Shown: positions 8,339 to 17,489, counted from the first letter of the whole stretch. The stretch is 63,910 nucleotides of DNA, filler included, from Nanobdellati archaeon (GCA_013152815.1; 4 parts of 4 records of this genome joined end to end with filler, not necessarily neighbours in it); one strand, 5' to 3'. The notes: generated by a model not told the origin, from the sequence alone. A program made the numbers and translations.

Positions 8339-9196
8339 TCAGCATCCGCCCACCATGCCGGGAAGGTCGGTCAGACGTGACGTGTCTCCTCCTGCCACGG
8401 TCATGCCCAGCTCGATCATGTTCTTCGGGAAGAAGAGCGTCTTCCACTGCATGACCTCTCTAAGTATCTCAGCGTCAGAATAGTCTGAATAGGCGGTGAG
8501 ATAGAGGGCCACGCTGAGGAGTGCCGGATTATGCTGGCATCCGCAGGCAGAGTTTCCGTTCTTGTCGATGCCGACGGCTTTCAGGCCGCAGCAATATTCG
8601 CAGGAGATGCCTACCGGCTTGGAAGCGAGGTTCATATATCTCTGCCAGGCAGCAGGATCCTTGCTCTGGACCTCCTGCTTGAGTCCGGGGTACATCTTTG
8701 CGAGCACAGCCAGGGAAGCCACCGGATCATCGAAGCTGACACCGAGGTCTGCACCGTATTCAGGGGTTCCGCTGGGGAACATGATGGCGATGGCATCATC
8801 AGAGGTGACGATATCCTCCACCGGGAAGACCGACGCGACGGTCTCTCCTGTGGACCTGATGGCATTGATGTCGACGCCGGACAGGTCTGCAGTACCTCCT
8901 GAACCGACTGTGCGTCCTCCTGTTTCGGCGGCAGAGCCTATCATGCTCGAGACGCTCGCGATCTGCAGCTGGTTCAACGACAGGAGGAAGACAGCAGCGA
9001 TCATCAGGCCGAGCAGAGGTTTGCTGAGCAGATTCTGGCTCTCCTGCCGTCGATGCGGCCGTTGTCCGGCGCCATGTCCTCGTCCGGTGTCAGTGTCATG
9101 ATGGCTGTGATGCTGTCCCTTCTGTCCGGCGGTCTTCCTGTCGGCAGACGATCCCTTTGTTTCTTTCGCATGAGCGGTCTTCTTCTTTTCATCCAT
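8339..9196 (-). CDS. Cys-rich membrane-anchored protein ending DLPGMVGGC
   Basis: His-rich N-terminus, TM, SCEYCCG...ACGCQH motif; GGAGGT RBS upstream. Confidence 0.8.
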   Translation of the reverse strand: MDEKKKTAHAKETKGSSADRKTAGQKGQHHSHHDTDTGRGHGAGQRPHRRQESQNLLSKPLLGLMIAAVFLLSLNQLQIASVSSMIGSAAETGGRTVGSGGTADLSGVDINAIRSTGETVASVFPVEDIVTSDDAIAIMFPSGTPEYGADLGVSFDDPVASLAVLAKMYPGLKQEVQSKDPAAWQRYMNLASKPVGISCEYCCGLKAVGIDKNGNSACGCQHNPALLSVALYLTAYSDYSDAEILREVMQWKTLFFPKNMIELGMTVAGGDTSRLTDLPGMVGGC

Positions 9197-9506
9197 TTTT
9201 CCTTTCCAACCTCCGTCCCAGACAACATACCTGTAACATACTTGTGCTGATCAATCCCTGATCCTGCTCTTGTGTCGGCTGCTCTTCCTCTCTCATCACG
9301 ACGGTTCCCCTCATGACATCCTGAACAGAACAGGCGACACAGCCACGAATCCCCGGCCGTCCGATCATCGGATATCCCCATCGCTCCAGATGATACCAGA
9401 TGCCGACGATTCTTTTCTTGTATCGTTAGATGTCCTATACCTGATATTTAAACAGGAAGAAATAATAGTGAAAGAAAAGGGAAACTATCTCATCTATCCC
9501 TCTCCT

Positions 9507-11252
9507 CTATCCAAGTATCCTTCTTCCGGCAGAGGTTATCTTGAGGGACTTGAACCGTCCTTTCTGCTCTATGTTGAGCAGCCCGAGCTGTTGGAGTTTC
9601 CTTATCTTTGCCCTGGTGGTCGGCTTGGTTATCCTGAACTTTGAGGTGATGTCCTTGTAGGAGACGAGACGGTTGTTCGTGTTCCCTTCGTTGATGAAGA
9701 CCAGGATGTCCCGTTCACGCGGTGCGAGGTCCACACGGCCCATGAGCTGCCTCCCGTAGAGGTCTGTGGTCTCTGTCTCCAGGACCTTGAGCTGGGCAGT
9801 ATCGACCAGATCGGGTTCCAGGGCGATGATGATGATGCATTCATTGCTGATGGCCAGGTCCCGCAGGCTGTGGATGCTCTGTATCATCTTCTCGGGGGGA
9901 TTCTCCTTGAACAGGTAGTCTATCCTGTCTATGAGCACGACGCTTTTCGGGCTCTCTCTGACGAACTGCGCTATCAGGTGATACAAGGTATCGATGTTCG
10001 TCTCTGCAGGCGCCCCGTCGACCTTCGCCTTGGTCATCCAGATGAACGAGGTCTTCTGGAGGTTATATCTCTTCTTGAGCAGATGGGGATCGTCCCTCAC
10101 TATGCCGAGCCCGGCAAACCCTTCGTTGAGACAGCCTATGAAAAGCTCGTGTGCCTGGTTCTCCTGGTCCTCCTTGATGAGATAGATGTTTCGTGGCTCG
10201 AGAGCCATGTCTGCGGCATCATACTTCCCCTTTTCTGTGGCAGAAAGGATGCCTAATTTCTTGAGGGTGATCTCTGCCTGTTCGAGCTTGGTCTGGACGC
10301 GTTGTTTGGAATGATAGAGCGAGATGAACGATACGATGGTTATTATCGAGATGAATATGATGAATATGATGCTGAACAGGTGCCTCTGCTGGACAGAAGC
10401 AAGATCGGCAGAGGCCAGGGAAAGCGGCGTGAAGATGATGAGCCTGAACTGTTCGTTGCCGATGACATTGTTCACCGCAGTGATGATGGTCTCTCCCAGA
10501 CCATCAAAGTCAGCTATGGTGTTCAGTCCGTTCTCCGGGGGAAACTCGTCTCTGATGGCCGCATAATCTGCGATGCCCTCGCTTTTCAGGAAGGTCTCTC
10601 CTGTCTCCGGATTGACCAGCAGGAAAAGGTTCCTTCCTGGCTGCACATAGGGATGCAGGTAGATGTTGTAGAGGTTCTCGATCTCGATGATGGTCATGAG
10701 CACCCCCCTGAATTCCCCCCTGAAGTCAGGATAGGGTGTGTAGGTGGTGGTCTTGAAGAGCGGGACGGCTATGATGACCTTCGGGCTCTCTCCCGGGCTC
10801 ACCACTGCCTTGATATAGGGTTCTCTCGTGTCTCTCGGTATCCTGAAATAGTCCTTGTTCTTGATGTTCAGTCCCAGGAACTCTGAAAAACGGGCTGATG
10901 AGCAGGCGACGATATCTCCGTTCTCGTCCGTCTTCAGGAGGGTGTCTGTGTTTCCCTGCGGTTGTTCAGGGACCTCTTCCTCGGCAGCGGTGCACTTCTC
11001 TTTGGTCAATCCTTCTATCTGCGGGAATTTGCTGAGGGTTATGAGCTTGTCCCTGGCCTGCAGGATGTGGTTCTCCATCCTTCCTATCGCGTGTTCTGTC
11101 TCGGTGAGCTGCTGGTCCTTGAGCTCATTTTCGAGGACCTTCTGGAATTTCGAGAAGGAAAGGAAGTTCGAGAAGATGACCAGGCCGACGATGATCAAAG
11201 AGACGAGGAGCAGGATCAGCAGCCTGGAGTCTTTTCCCATTTTTTCTGCCAT
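9507..11252 (-). CDS. membrane one-component regulator: TM-Cache-TM-DUF835-winged HTH
   Basis: two TMs around a Cache-like domain (LNIKNKDYF..P); DUF835-like SVVLIDRIDYL...N; C-terminal ITKPTTRAKIRKLQQLGLL...GRFKSLKIT..GR. Confidence 0.72.
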   Translation of the reverse strand: MAEKMGKDSRLLILLLVSLIIVGLVIFSNFLSFSKFQKVLENELKDQQLTETEHAIGRMENHILQARDKLITLSKFPQIEGLTKEKCTAAEEEVPEQPQGNTDTLLKTDENGDIVACSSARFSEFLGLNIKNKDYFRIPRDTREPYIKAVVSPGESPKVIIAVPLFKTTTYTPYPDFRGEFRGVLMTIIEIENLYNIYLHPYVQPGRNLFLLVNPETGETFLKSEGIADYAAIRDEFPPENGLNTIADFDGLGETIITAVNNVIGNEQFRLIIFTPLSLASADLASVQQRHLFSIIFIIFISIITIVSFISLYHSKQRVQTKLEQAEITLKKLGILSATEKGKYDAADMALEPRNIYLIKEDQENQAHELFIGCLNEGFAGLGIVRDDPHLLKKRYNLQKTSFIWMTKAKVDGAPAETNIDTLYHLIAQFVRESPKSVVLIDRIDYLFKENPPEKMIQSIHSLRDLAISNECIIIIALEPDLVDTAQLKVLETETTDLYGRQLMGRVDLAPRERDILVFINEGNTNNRLVSYKDITSKFRITKPTTRAKIRKLQQLGLLNIEQKGRFKSLKITSAGRRILG

Positions 11253-11420
11253 GCGTGCCGGGAAATCGCTTCTGCTTATATTATACTTTCCTTTCTTTCA
11301 CTATCTTTTCCCTTTCTTTTATTCTTGTATTTAAATAAGGTTGAGGTTCTTGTTCCCATGTGAGCCTGTGCGGGGTTCCCTCTCCCTCTTTGTCCAGGGC
11401 ACGCAGGGACGGCCACATAG

Positions 11421-11479
11421 GTGAGAACATCATGGATGAGAATATGGTGTGATCTGGTGTGAGAACATGATGGAGAGAA
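11421..11479 (+). repeat. imperfect ~22-bp direct repeat just upstream of the cupredoxin gene
   Basis: GTGAGAACATCATGGATGAGAA (11421-11442) and GTGAGAACATGATGGAGAGAA (11459-11479). Confidence 0.6.
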
Positions 11480-11486
11480 CAGAGTC

Positions 11487-11897
11487 ATGAAAAAGGTCAA
11501 CATGGCCCTTTGGGGCATAGGACTGGTGGCTTTATTGGCGGTTGCCGGCTGTTCGGACGGGACATCGGGATCCCCAGGCATCAGGGATACAAGCCAGCAA
11601 GCCCAACAGACCGGTCCTGTGAAAGAAGTGTCCATCGACGCGTTCAATTGGGGCTTCAATGCGAGCCAGGTTTCGCTGAAGAAAGGGGATCGTGTAAGGC
11701 TCACGGTCACCAGCAGCTCTGGCACCCATGGTGTCTACTTTCCCAGTCTGGGTGTCTCTGTTTCCCCGGTCTCTCCGGGCCAGAAAAAGACGGTCGAGTT
11801 TGTCGTCAAGGAATCAGGACCCCTCCGGTACTTTTGCAATGTTCCCTGTGGAAAGGGCCATAGCACCATGAACGGCCAGCTCACGGTGTCTGGATGA
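11487..11897 (+). CDS. CuA-type cupredoxin lipoprotein
   Basis: lipobox VAGC; GTHGV...FCNVPCGKGHSTM. Confidence 0.85.
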   Translation: MKKVNMALWGIGLVALLAVAGCSDGTSGSPGIRDTSQQAQQTGPVKEVSIDAFNWGFNASQVSLKKGDRVRLTVTSSSGTHGVYFPSLGVSVSPVSPGQKKTVEFVVKESGPLRYFCNVPCGKGHSTMNGQLTVSG

Positions 11898-11957
11898 TGC
11901 ATCGATCCGTGTCCGTATCTATACACAATATATACGCAACAATGCGAGGTGAAAATC

Positions 11958-12125
11958 ATGCTGTTCGGAATGTTCAGGAAGACCGACCCGATATGCGGGA
12001 TGAAGGAAGAGAAGGGAAAAGGGATACACAAAGACGGCAACTGGTTCTGCAACCAGACCTGCATCGAGGAGTTCGAGAAGACGAAGCGGAAGACCGCGAA
12101 GCATGGCGGTTGTTGCTGTCATTAG
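11958..12125 (+). CDS. 55-aa YHS/TRASH metal-binding protein ending GGCCCH (absent from ORF track)
   Basis: MLFGMFRKTDPICGMKEEKGKGIHKDGNWFCNQTCIEEFEKTKRKTAKHGGCCCH; GAGGTGA RBS. Confidence 0.85.
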   Translation: MLFGMFRKTDPICGMKEEKGKGIHKDGNWFCNQTCIEEFEKTKRKTAKHGGCCCH

Positions 12126-12177
12126 ACCCTTATCATCAGGCCCATCAGAATTTTGTCTGAACCGACAAGAGGAACCC

Positions 12178-12606
12178 ATGGAGACGACCCATCTGGACGA
12201 GAGGATAGCAGGAGCATCGGGTGGCATCTCAGGCGCAGCCAGCATCCTGGGAAGCTGGCAGATCTGCCATGGTGTCTGTCTCGGTATCATCTCTCTCCTG
12301 GGTGTCATCGGGATCACGCTGACAGGAATGCCGCTGGCGTTCCTGACCAAGATAGCTGTCCCGATCTGGTTGATTGCGGTTGCCCTGTTGGGTGTGGTGC
12401 TGTATTTCTATCTTACCCGGCACTGCATATCCAGGAACCTGATACTTATCAACACAGGGCTGATCGTCGCGGGGACGCCTTTCCTGGCCCTGCAGCCTTA
12501 TCAAGTGTGGTTCTGGATCGTCGGTGGCAGCATTGCAGTCTCTGGCGTCGGATTGTTTGTCAAGGACAAGCTGACAAAGAAAAAGATGCGACAGGTACGA
12601 ACATGA
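12178..12606 (+). CDS. four-TM membrane protein with CHGVC motif (MerC/MerT-like metal transporter?)
   Basis: hydrophobic helices; WQICHGVC near TM1; GAGG RBS. Confidence 0.65.
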   Translation: METTHLDERIAGASGGISGAASILGSWQICHGVCLGIISLLGVIGITLTGMPLAFLTKIAVPIWLIAVALLGVVLYFYLTRHCISRNLILINTGLIVAGTPFLALQPYQVWFWIVGGSIAVSGVGLFVKDKLTKKKMRQVRT

Positions 12607-13091
12607 CCCCAGGACGAAAAATAAGACGAAAAACTGATTTCATGCTCTTCCTTTTGGGCATATCTGCACTCGTCCTTTTAGCAGGCTGTTCTTCGGTCGC
12701 AGAAGATGCATCATCGACAAGATTCCGTCAATTGCCTGCTGACTTGTCAACTGACCCGACAAAGCAGGATGACGCTGTCCGTACGACAGGCACGACCGGT
12801 CAGGGTGATGTGCAGATCGACCTGACCTCCCTGGGATTCAAGGATGGCATCCTCAAGGTAGAGGTGGCTGCCAACACCCATTCGGTCGACCTGAGCCGGT
12901 TCGACCTGAAAGAGCTCACCACCCTCGAGATTGACGGACAGGAATCCAGGCCGACAGATGCTCCGTCGCTCGGCGGCCACCATGCCCGCGGCATGCTCAT
13001 CTTCAATCCCCAAAAAGAGGCCGATACCTATAGGATAACCATAACAGGGATACCCCAGCCACAGATACGCACCTATGCCTGGGGACGCTGA
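12603..13091 (+). CDS. hypothetical lipoprotein with His motifs
   Basis: LAGC lipobox; NTHSVDL and GGHH; ATGA overlap with the upstream stop; start may be 12642. Confidence 0.7.
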   Translation: MTPGRKIRRKTDFMLFLLGISALVLLAGCSSVAEDASSTRFRQLPADLSTDPTKQDDAVRTTGTTGQGDVQIDLTSLGFKDGILKVEVAANTHSVDLSRFDLKELTTLEIDGQESRPTDAPSLGGHHARGMLIFNPQKEADTYRITITGIPQPQIRTYAWGR

Positions 13092-13109
13092 AATGATGAA
13101 ATCAACCAT

Positions 13110-13601
13110 ATGGAGGAAACAATCATGAAATGGGTATTAGGATTAGGAATCGTGCTCCTGTTCGGAGTTCTGTTGTTGGCCGGATGCTCTGCAGGCATCG
13201 ACCGTGCTGCAGGTCCAGATGATGCTCTTCTTTCAGGCAAGATAACCCTGCTCAAGTCGTCGAGCTGCGGCTGTTGCACCGGATGGGGAAAGTATGCTGA
13301 AAAACAGGGGTTCAAGGTCGACGTGAAGATCAAGGACGATCTCCAGACCCTGAAGGATGACTATCGGATACCGATGGAGATGAGAAGCTGCCATACCGCC
13401 CTGATAGGGGATTATTTCGTCGAAGGGCATGTCCCGCTGGAAGCGGTCACTAAACTTCTTGAGGAAAAGCCGGACATCGCAGGCATAGCGCTTCCTGGCA
13501 TGCCTTCCGGAAGTCCTGGAATGCCAGGAAAGAAGACCGAGTCGTGGGTCATCTATGGCATAAACAAGGATGGATCGTCCTTTGAGTTCATGACGCTCTA
13601 G
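13110..13601 (+). CDS. DUF411 (CopG-like) metal-binding lipoprotein
   Basis: CGCC..W, SCHT, YFVEGHVP, PGMPSGSPGM; start may be 13125. Confidence 0.9.
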   Translation: MEETIMKWVLGLGIVLLFGVLLLAGCSAGIDRAAGPDDALLSGKITLLKSSSCGCCTGWGKYAEKQGFKVDVKIKDDLQTLKDDYRIPMEMRSCHTALIGDYFVEGHVPLEAVTKLLEEKPDIAGIALPGMPSGSPGMPGKKTESWVIYGINKDGSSFEFMTL

Positions 13602-14144
13602 GTGGCTCCGATGAGAATGAAACGATTGATCGGAGCGTCTGGCCTGCTTTTAGGCATCCAGACCGTGAGAGCCCATTGTCCTCTCTGTACCCTCGGCGCA
13701 GCTGCAGCGGCTGGAGGAGCTGCCTATTTCGGCGTCAAATCAGCGGTCATCGGCGTCTTTATCGGGGCATTCGCCGTATCGACAGGATGGTGGGTCAGCA
13801 GGCTGATCAAGAAGCAGTACATCCCCTACCAGCTGCCTGCTCTGATACTCTTCTCTTTCATCGCCACCATACTGCCCATGCTGCCGATGTTCTCCGGCCC
13901 CCATGATGTCTACGGATGGTATGTGTCTCTTGCAGGATCCTACGGATCCTTCCTGAACAGGACCTATATCATAAACCTGTTCCTGGTGGGTTCCCTGCTC
14001 GGAGGATCTGTGGTGTCGGTCACACCCTGGCTGAGCAAGAAGATAACCGAGGCCAGACAAGGAAAGATGATCCCCTACCAGGGCATCCTCCTGACCTTTG
14101 GTCTTCTCCTGCTGGCGGGGCTGGTACTGCAATTCACGTTTTGA
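13602..14144 (+). CDS. membrane protein with N-terminal AHCPLC motif
   Basis: signal-like N-terminus then HCPLC and several TM helices. Confidence 0.75.
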   Translation: MAPMRMKRLIGASGLLLGIQTVRAHCPLCTLGAAAAAGGAAYFGVKSAVIGVFIGAFAVSTGWWVSRLIKKQYIPYQLPALILFSFIATILPMLPMFSGPHDVYGWYVSLAGSYGSFLNRTYIINLFLVGSLLGGSVVSVTPWLSKKITEARQGKMIPYQGILLTFGLLLLAGLVLQFTF

Positions 14145-14160
14145 GCAGAGGTCGAAAAAC

Positions 14161-14697
14161 ATGGACAAGAAAAACATGGACGATAATATGGACAATATGG
14201 ACAAGGACATCCGTGGATGGATGAAGAAGATAGAGAAGATGAAAAAGGGGGAGGCAGACCTTTCCCGGGATGAAGACCTCTCCATCGGTCTCATGAACCT
14301 GGTCAGCCTGGAGGAGCACTTCTATTTCACGGCGATGAAGACACAGGACGGCAAATATCTTGACTTCATGAGATCCACGAGAGAGATCCGGAAGACGATG
14401 CTCGCAAAGATCGTGACAAATCCGCAGGGCGAGGAATGGTGCATCAGTAAACACCTCCTCGCCGCAAGCATGCGCCTCTACGAGGTAGGCACAAAAGAGC
14501 TCTCGACCAAAGGCATGAAGGAAGCCGACCCTTTCTTCCGGGCGGGGTTCGACCTCTGGTCATTGTTCTTCGCCATCAACCTCAAGCTCGTGGACCCGAA
14601 AAAGCTTGAGAAGAAGGCAATGGTGGCCGAAGACAAGAAGATGAGCAAGTGGTCAGAGCTCATGAAGAAGATAGTGGACTGCTGCAAGGAATGGTGA
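14161..14697 (+). CDS. helical hypothetical protein ending DCCKEW
   Basis: SLEEHF, WCISKHLL, C-terminal CC; host-like codon usage. Confidence 0.75.
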   Translation: MDKKNMDDNMDNMDKDIRGWMKKIEKMKKGEADLSRDEDLSIGLMNLVSLEEHFYFTAMKTQDGKYLDFMRSTREIRKTMLAKIVTNPQGEEWCISKHLLAASMRLYEVGTKELSTKGMKEADPFFRAGFDLWSLFFAINLKLVDPKKLEKKAMVAEDKKMSKWSELMKKIVDCCKEW

Positions 14698-14818
14698 GCT
14701 GTTGACGCTCCTGCGCCCATGAGACCTCGACAGCCGGGCGGGCACATCGGGCATCCCTGATGGTCTGAAATCCACCCGGCACACGATCGGAATAATCAAT
14801 GAAAGGAGACACGATACC

Positions 14819-15220
14819 ATGGAACAGAAGACGCTTTGGATAGGGCTGGTCCTCATAAGCATACTGCTCGTCTCTGTCGTGCCGATGATGATGCCCGGCA
14901 TGGACAGGGAAACCTATGTGGACGGGATGGACCAGTTCCGACAGGATCTCATGTCTCAGGGCAAGTTCCGCTGCTGTCTTGAAGAACCCTGCAGCTATTG
15001 CCTGAAGAAAGAGGAAGGCTGTGAATGCATGGACAAGCTGTTCGACGGCAAACATCCCTGCGGCGAGTGCATCGGAGAGATACTGGAAGGGCATGGCAAC
15101 AGGTTCCTCACAAAATATTTTGCCTCTGCCATAGCCGAGAAGGTCGGTGAGCAGCATCTCGACGACCTGAAGCTCATCATCTCTGAGAAGTACGGTGTTG
15201 CTGTGGATGAGCAGGTCTGA
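14819..15220 (+). CDS. membrane-anchored Cys-rich protein
   Basis: N-terminal TM; CCLEEPCSYC..CEC..CGEC (8 Cys); AGGAG RBS. Confidence 0.78.
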   Translation: MEQKTLWIGLVLISILLVSVVPMMMPGMDRETYVDGMDQFRQDLMSQGKFRCCLEEPCSYCLKKEEGCECMDKLFDGKHPCGECIGEILEGHGNRFLTKYFASAIAEKVGEQHLDDLKLIISEKYGVAVDEQV

Positions 15221-15331
15221 TGGGCCGAGTCCCATAGACGATACGATCATAGACGATACGATATGGACCGATTTATGAGGTGGATCATGATGAAAAAAGA
15301 AAAAGATAGAAAAAAAGATAGAAAGAAGAGC

Positions 15332-15958
15332 ATGAACCGTAACATCAGTTTGTTCTTGGTAGCCATTGTCGCAGCTCTGCTCTTCGCGTTTCCTGCGCAG
15401 ATTACTTTTGCGCAGGAGCCAAGTCGGGGTCATAGCGACCTTTCCCTGGCAGAAGCGCTCATAACGTCCAACACGCCCTGCGATTCCCTCTCCGACGACC
15501 AGTTCGAGCTGGTCGGCGAATACTACATGGAGCAGATGCATCCTGGTGAAGCCCATGAACAGATGGATGCCATGATGGGCGGCGAAGGGTCAGCATCCTT
15601 GCGCAGCATGCACATCCGCATGGCCAAGGTGCTCTACTGCGGTGAGAGCGGAGGCATGGGCTCTGACATGATGGGCATGATGGGTGGCATGATGAATGAT
15701 GGCATGATGAAGGGAGGCATGATGGGACGCTCATCCGGAAACTCCATGATGGGTGCTGATGAACCCGCTTCGGGAAAGGATGTTCAGGAAAGATACACCA
15801 TGATGGGCAACTCGGGATATGGCGGCATGATGGGCGGCTCCGGATGGTTTGGCATGAGCATCTTCTGGTTGGTCTATCTTGCTCTTGCGTCCTTCATCTT
15901 CGGCATCGTCTTCTGGTGGACCCATAAGCTGATGAATCCGGACAAACAGAAGAAGTGA
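15332..15958 (+). CDS. Met/Gly/His-rich exported membrane protein (probable Cu(I) binding)
   Basis: signal peptide; MHPGEAHEQMDAMMGGEGS; GMM repeats; C-terminal TM. Confidence 0.75.
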   Translation: MNRNISLFLVAIVAALLFAFPAQITFAQEPSRGHSDLSLAEALITSNTPCDSLSDDQFELVGEYYMEQMHPGEAHEQMDAMMGGEGSASLRSMHIRMAKVLYCGESGGMGSDMMGMMGGMMNDGMMKGGMMGRSSGNSMMGADEPASGKDVQERYTMMGNSGYGGMMGGSGWFGMSIFWLVYLALASFIFGIVFWWTHKLMNPDKQKK

Positions 15959-15967
15959 AAGGCCATC

Positions 15968-16594
15968 ATGAAACAGGAAAAACCGGAAACGCAGGTGGTC
16001 AGGAAGGCATATGACCGGATCGCAGGATCATATGATCTCTTCGAATGGCCTGTCGAGAAGCTCTTCTTCAACAGATGGCGACGAGAGCTCTTTGCTGGTC
16101 TGGAAGGGAACATCCTTGAAATCGGTGTTGGCACCGGCAAGAACATGCCCTACTATCCCGCCAACGCCAACGTCACCGCCATCGATCTGAGCAGAGGCAT
16201 GCTCTCAAAGGCCCATAAACGAAAGGAGGCTTCCGGTTATGCCGTCGACCTCAGAGAGATGGATGCTGAGGATCTCCGGTTCCCTGCCAAGAGCTTCGAT
16301 CATGTGGTTGCCACCTTTGTGCTCTGCTCTGTTCCCGATCCTGTGCAGGCGCTCAAGGAGATGAAGCGGGTGGTCAGGCATCGGGGAACGATCATCCTGC
16401 TTGAGCACGTGCTTAGCGACCGCGTGTTCCTGTCTGCAATCCAGCGGTTCCATAATCCGTTCACAAGACATCTGTTCGGATTCAATATAGACCGGGACAC
16501 GAAAAGCAACATCGGGAAGGCAGGCCTTTCCATCATGGCGGATGTTCATCTTGGCTTTTATGATGTCTTCCGAAGGTTCACAAGCCACCCCTAA
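15968..16594 (+). CDS. class I SAM-dependent methyltransferase (PmtA/UbiE-like)
   Basis: ILEIGVGTG, IDLS..ML, FDHVV..FVLCSVPDP, LLEHV. Confidence 0.92.
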   Translation: MKQEKPETQVVRKAYDRIAGSYDLFEWPVEKLFFNRWRRELFAGLEGNILEIGVGTGKNMPYYPANANVTAIDLSRGMLSKAHKRKEASGYAVDLREMDAEDLRFPAKSFDHVVATFVLCSVPDPVQALKEMKRVVRHRGTIILLEHVLSDRVFLSAIQRFHNPFTRHLFGFNIDRDTKSNIGKAGLSIMADVHLGFYDVFRRFTSHP

Positions 16595-16682
16595 GAAAAC
16601 CTCTTGATGCGGTGGCATAAGATGATCGTTCATGATGATCGCTATCGCATGGTTGAGCCGCTTAAGATCCAACAGAGTGCCC

Positions 16683-16747
16683 TTTTTTCTATAACTATTC
16701 ATCCATCCGTTAGAAAATCCCAGAGGTAAACTTAAATGTCTGAACAA
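16683..16747. promoter_or_regulatory. 65-bp promoter/operator block, copy A
   Basis: 52/65 ungapped identity to 19731-19795 by manual alignment; contains CGTTAGAAAA and TATA-like ACTTAAATGT. Confidence 0.7.
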
Positions 16748-16771
16748 CAATCCTTCTCCTGTGTCAAGCAT

Positions 16772-16960
16772 ATGGAAACAATGAGCTGTCCTATCTGTGA
16801 AAAAGATGTCGTCAGCGATGCGACGGCAGGGGAGTACTGCGCCATGTGCGCCATGCCCATAAAAGATATGTCGGCGTTGACGAAAAGAGACAGGGAGACC
16901 AAGAAACACTTTTGCAGTGCACGTTGTCGTGTCAGATATGTGAGATTTCATGGTGCCTGA
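16772..16960 (+). CDS. small Cys-rich zinc-ribbon/TRASH protein
   Basis: CPIC...CAMC...HFCSARC; start at 16772 preferred because the track start 16736 lies inside the promoter block. Confidence 0.75.
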   Translation: METMSCPICEKDVVSDATAGEYCAMCAMPIKDMSALTKRDRETKKHFCSARCRVRYVRFHGA

Positions 16961-17060
16961 TGCCTGCATATGCTGCATGTGATACTGGCAATGCTTCGCC
17001 AATGCCGGGTTTAGCACATGCTTTATTTTATTGATGACAAAGGATGAACAGGAGGAAAAA

Positions 17061-17168
17061 ATGGGATGCTGTTGTAACGGAAAAGGACAGGAAGACAAAA
17101 AGGAGAGGAACGGTTGTTGCGGTGATTCTGAAGGGGGCGATGACCGGAAAGACTGTTGTAACGACTGA
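17061..17168 (+). CDS. 35-aa metallothionein-like peptide (absent from ORF track)
   Basis: MGCCCNGKGQEDKKERNGCCGDSEGGDDRKDCCND; AGGAGG RBS 5 nt upstream; 7 Cys. Confidence 0.72.
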   Translation: MGCCCNGKGQEDKKERNGCCGDSEGGDDRKDCCND

Positions 17169-17226
17169 TTGAATGCATTAGAATGACAGATCAGAATAAC
17201 GTCCGATACCCTTTGGATGGAGCAAG

Positions 17227-17484
17227 ATGGCAGAGGAATTAAATGCGTCGGCCTTTGGATTCGCAGGGGCGATATTGTCCGCTCTCAGCATGTTAATCCT
17301 GGGAGTCTTCGGGAGTCTCGGGCTGTATGTGGGTGCGGTACAGATGATGCAGCAATGGCATGTGTTATTTTCGCTGGGCATCATCGGAACACTTTTAGGG
17401 ATGGTGGAGGCAGCTGTCTTCGGATTCATTCTCAGTTATGGATTCGCATGGCTGTACAACAAGTTAATCCAACGGGGGCGGTGA
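17227..17484 (+). CDS. small two-TM membrane protein
   Basis: hydrophobic helices around MMQQWH; FAWLYN C-terminus. Confidence 0.7.
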   Translation: MAEELNASAFGFAGAILSALSMLILGVFGSLGLYVGAVQMMQQWHVLFSLGIIGTLLGMVEAAVFGFILSYGFAWLYNKLIQRGR

Positions 17485-17489
17485 TCGGG

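Noticed and set aside
8030..8341. Selenocysteine read-through of GGC-TGA in the MVGGC proteins
   Set aside because: One gene has tandem TGA TGA, the read-through sequences are unrelated, TGA is a common stop here and no SECIS is evident.
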